Assembly (NCBI GenBank): GCA_000388065.2
Contig: KB932212.1
Length of the DNA stretch: 25,608 nucleotides
Source: Fonticula alba ATCC 38817
Lineage: Eukaryota; Protista; Nucleariida
Reading direction: 5' to 3' (one strand)
Shown: positions 16,535 through 25,608 of the stretch, piece after piece
Numbering within the stretch: position 1 is the first letter of the stretch
Layout: each line of letters begins with the position of its first letter
Notes under the pieces: model-generated
What the model saw: the letters and a program-made list of their open reading frames with translations, nothing else
Database searches by the model: none
Told to the model about the DNA's origin: nothing
Translations under genes and position numbers: made by a program

Positions 16535-17763
16535 ATGACCATGTCCGTCGAGCAGAAGGCCACCAACATCACCTGGCACGCCGGCGAGTTCACCCACGCC
16601 GAGCGCTCTGCCCTCCTTGGCCAGAAGGTGCGCCCTCCCCCCTCCCCTCTTCTGGCTCGACACCCCCGCGCGCCCAAGGGTCGCCCTACTAACCTCAACC
16701 TTCCCCCTCCCCCGCGGCCATGTGACACAATGCACACACACACACACGCACACACACGTACCTTATCAACGTGCAGGGCCTCACCATCTGGCTCACCGGC
16801 CTCTCCGCCTCCGGCAAGTCCACCATCGGCGTCGCCCTCGAGCAGACCCTCCTCAACAACTGTGCGCAGCCGCCCCGCACCCCTCTCCCGGCTTTGACCC
16901 ACACATCAGGCTCTCGCCCGCCTCGCCTCCTGCCCATATGCTCACACACACACACACACACACACACAGCCGTCAACGCCTACCGCCTGGACGGCGACAA
17001 CATCCGCTTCGGCCTGAACAAGAACCTCGGCTTCTCGGACGCCGACCGCCAGGAGAACATCCGCCGCGTGGCCGAGGTTGCCAAGCTCTTCGCCGACGCC
17101 TGCACCATCACCATCGCCTCCTTCATCTCCCCCTTCAAGGCTGACCGCGATGCCGTGCGCGCCCTGCACGAGGCCGCCAACCTGCCCTTCATCGAGATCT
17201 ACGTCGACGCCTCCCTCGACACCCTGAAGGAGCGCGACCCCAAGGGCCTCTACAAGAAGGCCCTGGCTGGTGAGATCAAGGGTACGTCAACAAGCCCTCC
17301 CCGTCCCCGCCTCTTCCCCCTTCCCCATGGGGGTGTATCCCGGGTTTCTGACTGCTCGGCTGCTCGGCTGCTGCCCCTTCCCCCACGCCTCGGCCATGCG
17401 CACCAGACTTCACTGGCATCTCCTCTCCCTATGAGGCCCCGGAGAAGCCGGAGCTGCACCTCAAGACCGACGCCTCGTCCGTCGAGGAGTGTGTCCAGGT
17501 ACGCGTCGCGCCGAGTGGCGCAAGGCTCTTTCGCCCATGTATCTGTGTGCATTTTTGGCCCCGCCCCCTCTCCCTCCCCCCTCCTCCTCCTCCTCCTCCT
17601 CCTCCTCCTCCTCCTCTCGAGGAAGGGCGAGACACCGCGAGATCTCCCCGTGAAACTGGCCGTCTCCTGACACCCGAGAAAAAAAAACACCCGTGTGCGT
17701 GCGTAGGCCATCCTGGACTACCTCCGCGAGAAGGACCTCCTCCCCAACAAGACCTCTGCCTGA
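16535..17763 (+). CDS. MET14: Adenylyl-sulfate (APS) kinase, standalone fungal type; exons 16535-16627, 16777-16861, 16970-17281, 17407-17498, 17707-17763; 212 aa
   Basis: The spliced product has ATNITWH, the P-loop [84 protein letters not shown]. All four introns have GT(A/G)CG(C/T) donors and AG acceptors with compatible phases. Confidence 0.96.
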
Positions 17764-17941
17764 TTGCCCATTGCATGGAGACGCCGCTGGCTTGCACACA
17801 CGCCCGCCGCGAAAGCCGTGCGCAGGTGCTGCTGCCGTTGCCCCACCCAGCAGGACGCGGAAGAGAAAAGGGGGATGTGCATACACACAAACATGCGCGG
17901 CCGTCGCCGTGCGTGATGTGCCCGAGCCGTCCTTTTCCCCC

Positions 17942-17947
17942 AATAAA
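17942..17947 (+). terminator. Candidate polyadenylation signal of the APS kinase gene
   Basis: AATAAA about 180 nt after the stop codon, in otherwise GC-rich sequence. Confidence 0.4.
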
Positions 17948-18220
17948 AAAGCCCCCCCCCCCCCCCCCGTGTCTTGTGGAGGAACTGCCCATGCCCCTTC
18001 GCGCATCCTCAAATGCACAAATGCCAACCAACCGGCCCTAGATTCAGATTGTCCACAACACATGCCCGAGAAAAAAAACAAAAGAAAGGCGGGGCAGTGC
18101 ATCTTCTTGATTTGGGGCTGCCGTGTGTCCGGGGCCGGCGCACTGTCTGTACATTCACAGCTACCCCCCCCCCCTCCCCCTACCTCACCCCCCAACACAC
18201 GCATAGACATCTACATCAAA

Positions 18221-18294
18221 CACACGCACACGCACGCACACGCACGCACACGCACGCACACGCACGCACACGCACGCACGCACACACACACACA
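18221..18294 (+). repeat. (CACG)/(CA) compound microsatellite before a probable 5'-UTR acceptor (CAG 18301-18303) of the 2H gene
   Basis: Repeat read directly; the acceptor is inferred from the same architecture in coding introns. Confidence 0.8.
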
Positions 18295-18318
18295 AGCAGA
18301 CAGGACGTCGCCAACATC

Positions 18319-19784
18319 ATGTCTCGCGCGGGAAAGGTCGCCGCCCCGTTCGTCCGTCAGCCTGGTCCGCGGAAGAAGCTGACGCACTTCCTGTCCTTGC
18401 GTCTGCTGCTGCCGGCCGGGATCCCGTATTCCCCGCCGGCGGCAGACTCATGGTCCCCGGTCAGCCTGGCCAGTGTGGCGTCGACGCTGACTCCGGGCAG
18501 TCGCGAAGCTGACACCGCTCTGCTGGTGGCCCACGCCCAACAACGGGCCGTGCTGCGGATGGCCGGCACCCAGGACCCCGAGGCCCCGGCGCACGCGTCA
18601 CGCCTGGCGGATGCCCTGCGCGGCTTGCTAGTCCCACCGGCCACCTTGCATCTGACCCTTGGCTTGATGGATCTCGCCGCGCCGGAACGCCTGAGCCTGG
18701 CCCAGCAGACACTGCGCGATTTGGCGCCTCGCATGTGCGTTGTCTTTTTCGGCCAGAGCAATGCCGACCGGAGGTCGGGCCATGCCTTTGGCGCGTGTGC
18801 GCGCCCCCCCCCCCCCTCGCTGACGCACCGCCTATGCATTCGCACGTGCATCCCCACAGGCGCCACATTGTCCAGGCTTCCGAGCTGCCGGTCCAACTTG
18901 GTGCGATCGATGTTTTCAGTCGCCCCGGCGACACACCGATTCCCAGTACGTCGCGTGTGCCCCGTCTGTCTGCTGGGCCCTCCTACCACTCGTCTCTGAG
19001 TTCGGCGCTGAGCACACCTGACCGTCCCGCCCCCGCCCGCCCCCCCCCCCCCTCACCCCTCCTCTCGTGCACACACACACACACACACACACAATGCCAC
19101 GATTACCACCAACAGGCCAGGCCTCCGTGGTTTTCTCCAGCGTCCCGCGCCCAACCAACGAGCCGCTATTCACCCTTACTGGTAAGTGGCATCACTTTGA
19201 ACTGCTGACAATGTGCGCGTGCGCCGCTCCTTTGCTAATCACATCTCCTTTCCCGATCGCCGCCAGAGTTGCTGGTTGATACCTTCGTGCAGGCGGGTCT
19301 AATGGATGCCTCCTTTCGCAAGTTCCATGTTCGTGCCGCCTCCTGCATGTATGCGCATCTACCCATGCCTCGCGGCGGCCCATGCCCCTAACCCTATCCT
19401 CGCGTGTGTGTGCGCACACACACATACACACATGCACATGCACATGCACATGCACATGCACATGCACATGCACATGCACATGCACATGCACATGCACATG
19501 CACATGCACATGGCCAGCTCCATGCCACACTGATGAAGCGGCGGTTTGATGCCGCGCCCGACCCGATTGATGCATCTAAGGTGGTTGGGCGGTTTGTTTT
19601 CGGCACCGAGCCCGGACCGACTCCGGGGAATATGACCGATGTGGTGCTCTCGGCACCGGGAGTCCAACTGTGCCAGCTCAGCGGCAATGCCGGCTCGCGC
19701 TTCAACACGCGCGGCAACTTCTACGTCAGCGATTGCGATGTTGATTTCGCCGTCCGCGAGGGCGAGCCTGTGCAGGACGTCTAG
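18319..19784 (+). CDS. 2H phosphoesterase, ASCC1 C-terminal/AKAP7-like domain; exons 18319-18734, 18860-18945, 19116-19181, 19267-19328, 19518-19784; 298 aa
   Basis: THFLSLRL at the N-terminus, first HxT motif PATLHLTLGLMDL, QLGAIDVF, ASVVFSSV, DTFVQAGLM, second HxT motif FHLHATLMK. Donors GTGCGT 18735, GTACGT 18946, GTAAGT 19182, GTTCGT 19329; the joined exons total 897 nt in one frame. Confidence 0.8.
19429..19512 (+). repeat. (CACATG)14 perfect hexanucleotide microsatellite in the last intron of the 2H gene
   Basis: 84 nt of exact units, ending 5 nt before the end of the intron (acceptor AG 19516-19517). Confidence 0.95.
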
Positions 19785-19857
19785 TGGCTGGCTGTGCGCC
19801 GGGGAGCGCGGGGCTGGACACACCTCGCCACCCCTGCGAACAGCAGGCAGGAGTCCC

Positions 19858-19863
19858 AATAAA
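19858..19863 (+). terminator. Candidate polyadenylation signal of the 2H gene
   Basis: AATAAA about 75 nt after the stop codon. Confidence 0.45.
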
Positions 19864-20101
19864 AGTGACACTGAGGCAGCAGCGCCATGCACGCTGCGCC
19901 CCGCCCACCCGGGCGGAAGCGGGCACCAGGCACACATGGCTGGCCGGGCGGAGGGCAACAAAGGCTGATCCCCCTGGGCCGGGGCTCGATCGGCGGGCGC
20001 GCAGATAGGTGCCAACGCTCTGGGCGCGTGGGGCAGCTCGGCCGGAGGCGTGTTTCGGGCTCGTGTGCCGGCAGCCTGCCTCCGGCCTCAGGGGGACCGG
20101 C

Positions 20102-20103
<2 letters not shown>

Positions 20104-20137
<34 letters not shown>
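20104..20137 (+). repeat. G34 homopolymer (G-quadruplex-capable) upstream of COA6
   Basis: Read directly; this is the longest of many G/C runs in the window. Confidence 0.9.
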
Positions 20138-20250
20138 CTCGAGTGTCGGGAGAAGGCCTTCTTCTTCGGGAGCCTGGCTGCGGCGGCGCCACCCCAGCGC
20201 CCGGGGCAGAGCACAGTCCCCCCCCCCTCTTCTTCGCTTTCCCCTCCAAC

Positions 20251-20803
20251 ATGACCGACCAGGCCCAAAATCCGCCCCCCGCCGCCGCCGCCCCTGCTGC
20301 GGCCCACCCGCCGGCCATGCGCCGCGAGGCCCGCCTCGCTTGCTGGGCTGCCCGTGACGCGTTTTTCGCCTGCGGCACCGCCAACCAAACCCATGTCTAC
20401 CGGGTCGGCACAACCATCGACGCGCCCGGCATGACCGAGAAGGACATCGCCGCCGTGGTACGCCTCTCTCTCTCTCTCCCCCTCTCCCAAGACCTGCTCC
20501 GCCTCGCCCCCTTCGCCCATCCCCCCGGTGCGTCCTCTCGTATGCTGACACCTAGCTTGCTGCGCGCCCGCACACACGTGCGCCCTCGCCACGTACCAGC
20601 CCTGCGGCCCGGAGCTTGTCGAGTTCCGCAAGCTCTGCCCGGCTGTCTGGATCGACCACTTCGAGAGCCGGAGGAAGGCCGCCGAGTACCAGAAGTATCT
20701 GGAGGAGCACCCCCCGCAGTCGCGGATTGAGGAGCAGCTCGAGCGCATGGAGCAGCAGAAGCGCGCCAGGCAGCAGCAGCAGCAGCAGCAGCCGTCGCAG
20801 TAG
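20251..20803 (+). CDS. COA6: Cytochrome c oxidase assembly factor 6 (COX6B-like CX9C-Xn-CX10C protein); exons 20251-20457, 20600-20803; 136 aa
   Basis: RLACWAARDAFFAC (CX9C) and CGPELVEFRKLCPAVWIDHFESRRK (CX10C followed by P-x-x-W-x-x-x-F-x-x-RR). The CW-x-ARD pattern fits COA6 rather than COX6B. Donor GTACGC 20458, branch-like GCTGAC near 20544, acceptor 20599. Confidence 0.88.
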
Positions 20804-21235
20804 CGGCCGCAGCGCGCCCCTGTGCCCTGCCACCCCCTTCATAGACACGCCCCGGCTGCCTCGCCCACAGAGGATCATAATAATACAAGGATGGCGTCGT
20901 GCCTTCCTCCCCTCAAGCCCGCGCATACAAAACGAAGACCCAACCCCGCCAAAAGAAGAGCAACACATGGGGACAACCGATCGGAAGGGAGGGGGGGGGG
21001 GGGTGAACAGAGGTGGGTTGTCATTCGGGGGGGGGGAGGGGGGGAGCGCGTGTCCCCGTAGGCATGGGGAGGACCACGCGAACACGCATGCGCCCGGAGG
21101 GAGGGGCGCCGAAGGAAGGAAGCAGGGGAAGCTATGACATGTACGAGCCGGGCTCAGGCTGCATCCACAATAGGGAGAGGGGCGCGGAGGCCGGCTGACA
21201 CCGTACACGAAAAGGACAGATGCCCGTTCTCCTCC

Positions 21236-22851
21236 TTAGGAGGAGGCCTCGGTGACCTCGGTGATCTTGCCCTCCTCCTTGGGGGCAACCTGATCAAGGG
21301 GCTTCATGGCCGGGAACAGGAGGACCTCCTACGAGAGAGATAGAGAGAGAGAGAGGGGGGGGGGAGAGGAGGGGGGAGGCCAAGTGCCCGGGGCAGTCGG
21401 TATGCGCGCATGTGTGTGAGCAGAGGGGGGAAAAAGAAAAAAAGCACAAAGAAAGTCATCCACCAGCAGGCACGGGGGACACGCGACGACACGGGCATAA
21501 ATGCTGGAAGCCACACACACACACACACACACGTGCCGCCGCTGCGCCACCCCACCTTTTTGAGACGCACCTTGATGTTGTTGGAGTCAGTCAGGAACAT
21601 GACCAGGCGGTCGACACCGAGACCCCAGCCACCGGTGGGCGGCAGGCCATACTCCAGGGCAGTGCAGAAGCCCTCATCCGGGACCTGGGCCTCATCATCA
21701 CCGGCGTCCTTGTCCTTGGCCTGGTCGGCGAAGCGCTGGCGCTGGACAGCCGGGTCGTTGAGCTCGGTGTAGGCATTGCAGATCTCCTTCTGGCAAACGA
21801 AGAGCTCGAAGCGCTCAGTGGCCCCGGGCATGGACCGGTGCTCCTTGGCCAGGGGGGACATGAGCACCGGGTGGTCGGTGATGAAGGTGGGGTTGTCGCA
21901 CTGGACCTCGAGGAAGTGCCCGACCAGCTTGTCCAGCAGACGGGCGCCGGTGCGCGGAGCCGAGCAATCGATGCCGTACTTGACACAGGCCTCATCCAGG
22001 AAGGCGGTGGCCTCGTCGGTGCCCAGCTCCAGGGCAGTGGGGAAGGGCCGGCCAAGGTCCACATGCTTGGCCAGCTCGTCCATCATGGACAGACGGCGGA
22101 AGGGCGGGGTGAAGTCCACGACCTTCTTCTCGCCATCCGGGCCATCCGGATGGTAGGTCAGGGTGTAGGACCCGTTGATCTCGAGGACCAGCTTGGAAAT
22201 CAGCTCCTCGGTGAGGTTGATCAGATCATGGTAATCGGCGTAGGCCATGTAGAACTCGCAGGTGGTGAACTCCGGGTTGTGGGTCAGGTCGATGCCCTCG
22301 TTGCGGAACTGACGGCCGAGCTCGTACACCCGGTCCAGACCACCGATGACCAGCTGCTTGAGGAACAGCTCCGGGGCAATGCGCATGAACAGGTCCATGT
22401 TCAGGGCATTGTGGTGGGTGACGAAGGGCTTGGCCGTGGCACCGCCGGCGATCATGTTCATCATGGGGGTCTCCACCTCGAGGAAGCCCATGTTGTTGAG
22501 GAAGTTGCGCACGAAGTTGATGGTCTTCGAGCGGGTGATGAACTTCTGCCGGGTGGCATCGCGCATGATCAGGTCCAGGTAGCGCTGGCGGTAGCGCAGC
22601 TCCTGGTCCTTCAGGCCGAAGTGGGCCACCGGCAGGACGTGCAGGCAGGGCGACAGCAGGGTGATCTCCCGGGGGAAGATGGACAGCTCGCCCTTCTTGG
22701 ACTTGCCGGGGTAGCCGCGGACACCGACGATGTCACCACGACGGAGGACACCGTGGATCTTCTTGAAGTCGCCCTCGGTGAGGTCCCTGGCAAGTGGGTG
22801 AAGGGGGAGGAGGGGGAGTCAGGAAGGAGTAGAGAAGGGGAGACAGGGTCC

Positions 22852-22920
<69 letters not shown>

Positions 22921-23538
22921 CATCTGTCAGCAAGGCAACGCACTGAGGAGAGGACAGGATCTGCAGGGAGACAGCCTCGGACTTGATGGTGTAGAAGACC
23001 AGGCGGCCCTGGACACGCTTGACCATGATGCGCGCGGCGATGGACACCTCCTCCTCGGTGTTGCACTCGCCGTCGGCGATGCCGGAGAAGCGAGCCACGA
23101 ACTCCGGGATGGAGATGCTGACGTGGAACTTGTGCGGGTACGGGCTGATACCCTCATCCTGCAGGGCCTTCAGGGAGCGCACGCGGTGCTCGAAGTACTG
23201 GCGCGGGTCGAGCTCGGCCTCGGCGGCCTCAGAAGTGCCGGAGGCGGCCTTGGCGGCAGGCTTGGGGGGAGCGGCGGCGGCCTTCTCCTTCTTGGCCTGC
23301 TCCTTCAGCAGGCGCTTCTGGGCGCTGAGCGGGACGCCAGCAAGGGGAGGCCCCGCATGGGGGAAGGAACCCGGGTCAGCAGGGGAGTGGGGCGGGGGCA
23401 GGGGGGGGGGCCATGTGGGATACGAAGCCGGGCGTACCTCTTGCTGAGGGGAGCGGCGCCGTCAGCCGGCGGGGCAGCGGCATCGACGACGACGTTCTCC
23501 ACGGGGGTATCGACGGGGGTGGCGTTGGGGGCAGTCAT
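21236..23538 (-). CDS. KARS1: Lysine--tRNA ligase, class II, eukaryotic cytosolic type; exons 23538-23438, 23324-22944, 22786-21571, 21328-21236; 596 aa
   Basis: [145 protein letters not shown]. Three introns with GT(A/G)CG(C/T) donors keep one frame (1791 nt). Confidence 0.98.
22854..22920 (-). repeat. (CA)n on the coding strand [(TG)n on +] in LysRS intron 2
   Basis: Read directly. Confidence 0.95.
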
Positions 23539-23568
23539 GGTGTTGAAAAATGGCGAGGTGTCCGGGGG

Positions 23569-23726
23569 CTGGGAGGGGGGGAGGACGGGAAGCGGCGGGG
23601 AGGTGAGCGAGGAGATGCATGTAGGCAAGGGGGGAGAAAGAGAGAGAGGGGGGAGGGAGAGAGAGAGAGAGAGGAAGGGAGGGAGAGGAGGTGAGCGAGG
23701 AGATGCATGTAGGCAAGGGGGGAGAA

Positions 23727-23759
<33 letters not shown>

Positions 23760-23782
23760 AGGGAGAGGAGGCGAGCACTCAC
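23569..23782 (-). other. Probable 5'-UTR intron of the LysRS gene
   Basis: Minus-strand GTGAGT donor at 23782, long CT-rich tract, and a CCCAG acceptor ending at 23569, 30 nt before the ATG. Confidence 0.55.
23599..23736. repeat. 50-bp exact direct repeat (23599-23648 and 23687-23736), period 88, within GA-rich sequence
   Basis: GGAGGTGAGCGAGGAGATGCATGTAGGCAAGGGGGGAGAAAGAGAGAGAG occurs twice. Confidence 0.9.
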
Positions 23783-24451
23783 GGGAGCAACGATCAGGCC
23801 AGATATTCAAGCTAGAGGTCGACCCCTGGGGAGGGGGCCCGGCGCCTGGGTCGCCGAAAAAGAGACAACAATGCCCAGGCGTCGCTGGCAGAGCAATCCG
23901 CCGAGCCGGCAGGGGCGGCGGGGCTCCCCCCGCCCTCGGGGGGAGAACGGGGTCGAGGGGGCAAACGCGTGGCTGTGCAACAAAAGCAGGCGCCGGCCGA
24001 GGAGCGGGGATGGGGGGGCGCGCGTGCGTCAGCGCGGCAAGCAAGGGTGCGACCCGACAACTGCCCACCCTCGTCGCGATGCGGCAGGTACTTCGGGCCG
24101 GCCGACGCGGCGCGGGTCCTTCCCGAGCCGAACCCCCCCACCCCCCCCCCCTCGCGCCGCCTGCCGCCCCAGAACACAGGCACGTACTTCGACGAGCATC
24201 CCCCCTCCAGCCGGAACACACGCGGGCAGGCATGCACGCCCCAGGCAAAAGACCCCGATCGGTGGAGGGGTTGCGTCTGGACCTCGGTGCTGGGCAAGTG
24301 TGCTCGGGCTACACACGCCCACACGCCCACACACGCGCGCGCGCGCGTGGCACCCCAGCCCCCGTACGCCAAGGGGGCAAGGGGGTCACAGCCGATCTCC
24401 GTGCCCTCGCCTCCCTCCTGGGGGCGGAAAGAAGGGCTGGGGAGGGGGGGG

Positions 24452-24741
24452 NNNNNNNNNNNNNNNNNNNNNNNNNNNNNNNNNNNNNNNNNNNNNNNNN
24501 NNNNNNNNNNNNNNNNNNNNNNNNNNNNNNNNNNNNNNNNNNNNNNNNNNNNNNNNNNNNNNNNNNNNNNNNNNNNNNNNNNNNNNNNNNNNNNNNNNNN
24601 NNNNNNNNNNNNNNNNNNNNNNNNNNNNNNNNNNNNNNNNNNNNNNNNNNNNNNNNNNNNNNNNNNNNNNNNNNNNNNNNNNNNNNNNNNNNNNNNNNNN
24701 NNNNNNNNNNNNNNNNNNNNNNNNNNNNNNNNNNNNNNNNN
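24452..24741. other. Assembly gap
   Basis: Run of N between a G run and a C run. Confidence 1.
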
Positions 24742-25289
24742 CCCCCCCGGCGGCGAGAGACTCCCCCGCCGGGAGCCTGGGCCGGGCGACTTTCACAATG
24801 GCCCGTGCGAGGGCGTTCACAACGACAGATGGCGGGGGGGAAAGCGGCAGGGAACATGGACCGGGAACGCCCGCACGGGTGCGACCAGGAAAGCACCCTC
24901 ATGCCCGCGCAAGGGTCGCCTGAGTTCAAATAACACCGCCCCCGGGGGGGCGATCGCCCCCGGCCCTGCGGCGTTGCGCATGGGAGGCGGGGGACCCGGA
25001 AAGCGGGCGGCCCCTCTCGGGCGGCGTGTGCACGCGCGCGCCGGCAGGCCTCTCCTTGCGGCCCTCCTCCCCCGCGAAGGCGGCGGGCCGAGACTGGGCG
25101 CCAGGCGGTCGATGGTTGCGTGTGATCGTGGGGTCATGTGTGCTCAAATGGTGTTTTGATTTTCGGTGAAATCGACGCTATGACCGCGGGGGGCCAGCCG
25201 CTTCTTAGGTCGCGAACAGCGGCAGCCAGGCCCAATTCAATAGAGACCAGTCACCGGCAAAGGGCCGTCGCCCGAACCGGGGGCCCGGG

Positions 25290-25608
25290 GTAAGACATAA
25301 ATGAAGTATCGGCAAAATAGCGGCCCGGAGGGTTGGTGACAAACGCCCCCCGGTGTGGGCACGGCAGGCGGCGGGCGGGGAGACACCGGCACACGCAGAC
25401 ACACACATGCGCGCGCGCGCGCATGTGCGCCATTGGCCTTGGGGGCCGAGTGCTTCTCTACACAGCAGCGTGCTCGAGAGGGAGAGAGAGAGAGAGAGAG
25501 CGGGCGGTGGTGATGGCGGCACGCCGGGAGACTCTGCGACGGCCTAGACATGGACAGTGGCACCAGGGGCCCCAGGCTGGGAGAGCGCCTGCCGCCGCGG
25601 ACCCCCCC
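25290..25608 (+). other. Possible 5' end (UTR intron plus start codon) of a further + strand gene running off the window
   Basis: GTAAGA donor-like site at 25290, a CA-rich stretch, a CTACACAG acceptor-like site near 25465, and ATGs at 25513 and 25550 that are both open to the window end. No recognisable protein. Confidence 0.2.

Noticed and set aside
23539-23830. Alternative upstream exon encoding a mitochondrial targeting peptide for LysRS, as in animal KARS1
   Set aside because: Splicing 23783 to 23568 is in frame with the ATG, but the upstream exon has an in-frame TGA a few codons back, so it reads as UTR. Other splice forms were not evident.
25140-25340. Relatively AT-rich stretch checked for snRNA/tRNA/snoRNA
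   Set aside because: No U1/U2/U5/U6 signature, tRNA A/B box or C/D box pair was recognisable by eye. More likely promoter or UTR; an Rfam scan would settle it.

Overview
Eukaryotic, very GC-rich genomic DNA with spliceosomal introns and four assembly gaps (923-1271, 5754-6598, 14362-14895, 24452-24741). A standalone fungal-type APS kinase, a eukaryotic cytosolic LysRS and COA6 point to an opisthokont protist; Fonticula alba is my best guess (inference, not verified). I rebuilt seven protein-coding genes by hand from splice signals and frame continuity: (1) a CtlX-like amidinotransferase/pentein hydrolase with an unassigned ~185-aa N-terminal region (+, 381-2901); (2) an intronless, apparently circularly permuted ATP-grasp amide ligase split by long Thr/Ala-rich insertions (+, 7196-10120); (3) a Det1-like histidine phosphatase (-, 11218-14169); (4) adenylyl-sulfate kinase (+, 16535-17763); (5) an ASCC1/AKAP7-like 2H phosphoesterase (+, 18319-19784); (6) COA6 (+, 20251-20803); (7) class II lysyl-tRNA synthetase (-, 21236-23538). 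Most other ORFs in the supplied track are GC-bias, microsatellite or N-gap artefacts. The best leads are the uncharacterised permuted ATP-grasp ligase beside an arginine/citrulline-type hydrolase, and a distinctive intron grammar (GTNCGY donors, sense-strand (CA)n tracts before acceptors, 5'-UTR introns ending just before the ATG). I recognised no tRNA, rRNA, CRISPR array or transposase.
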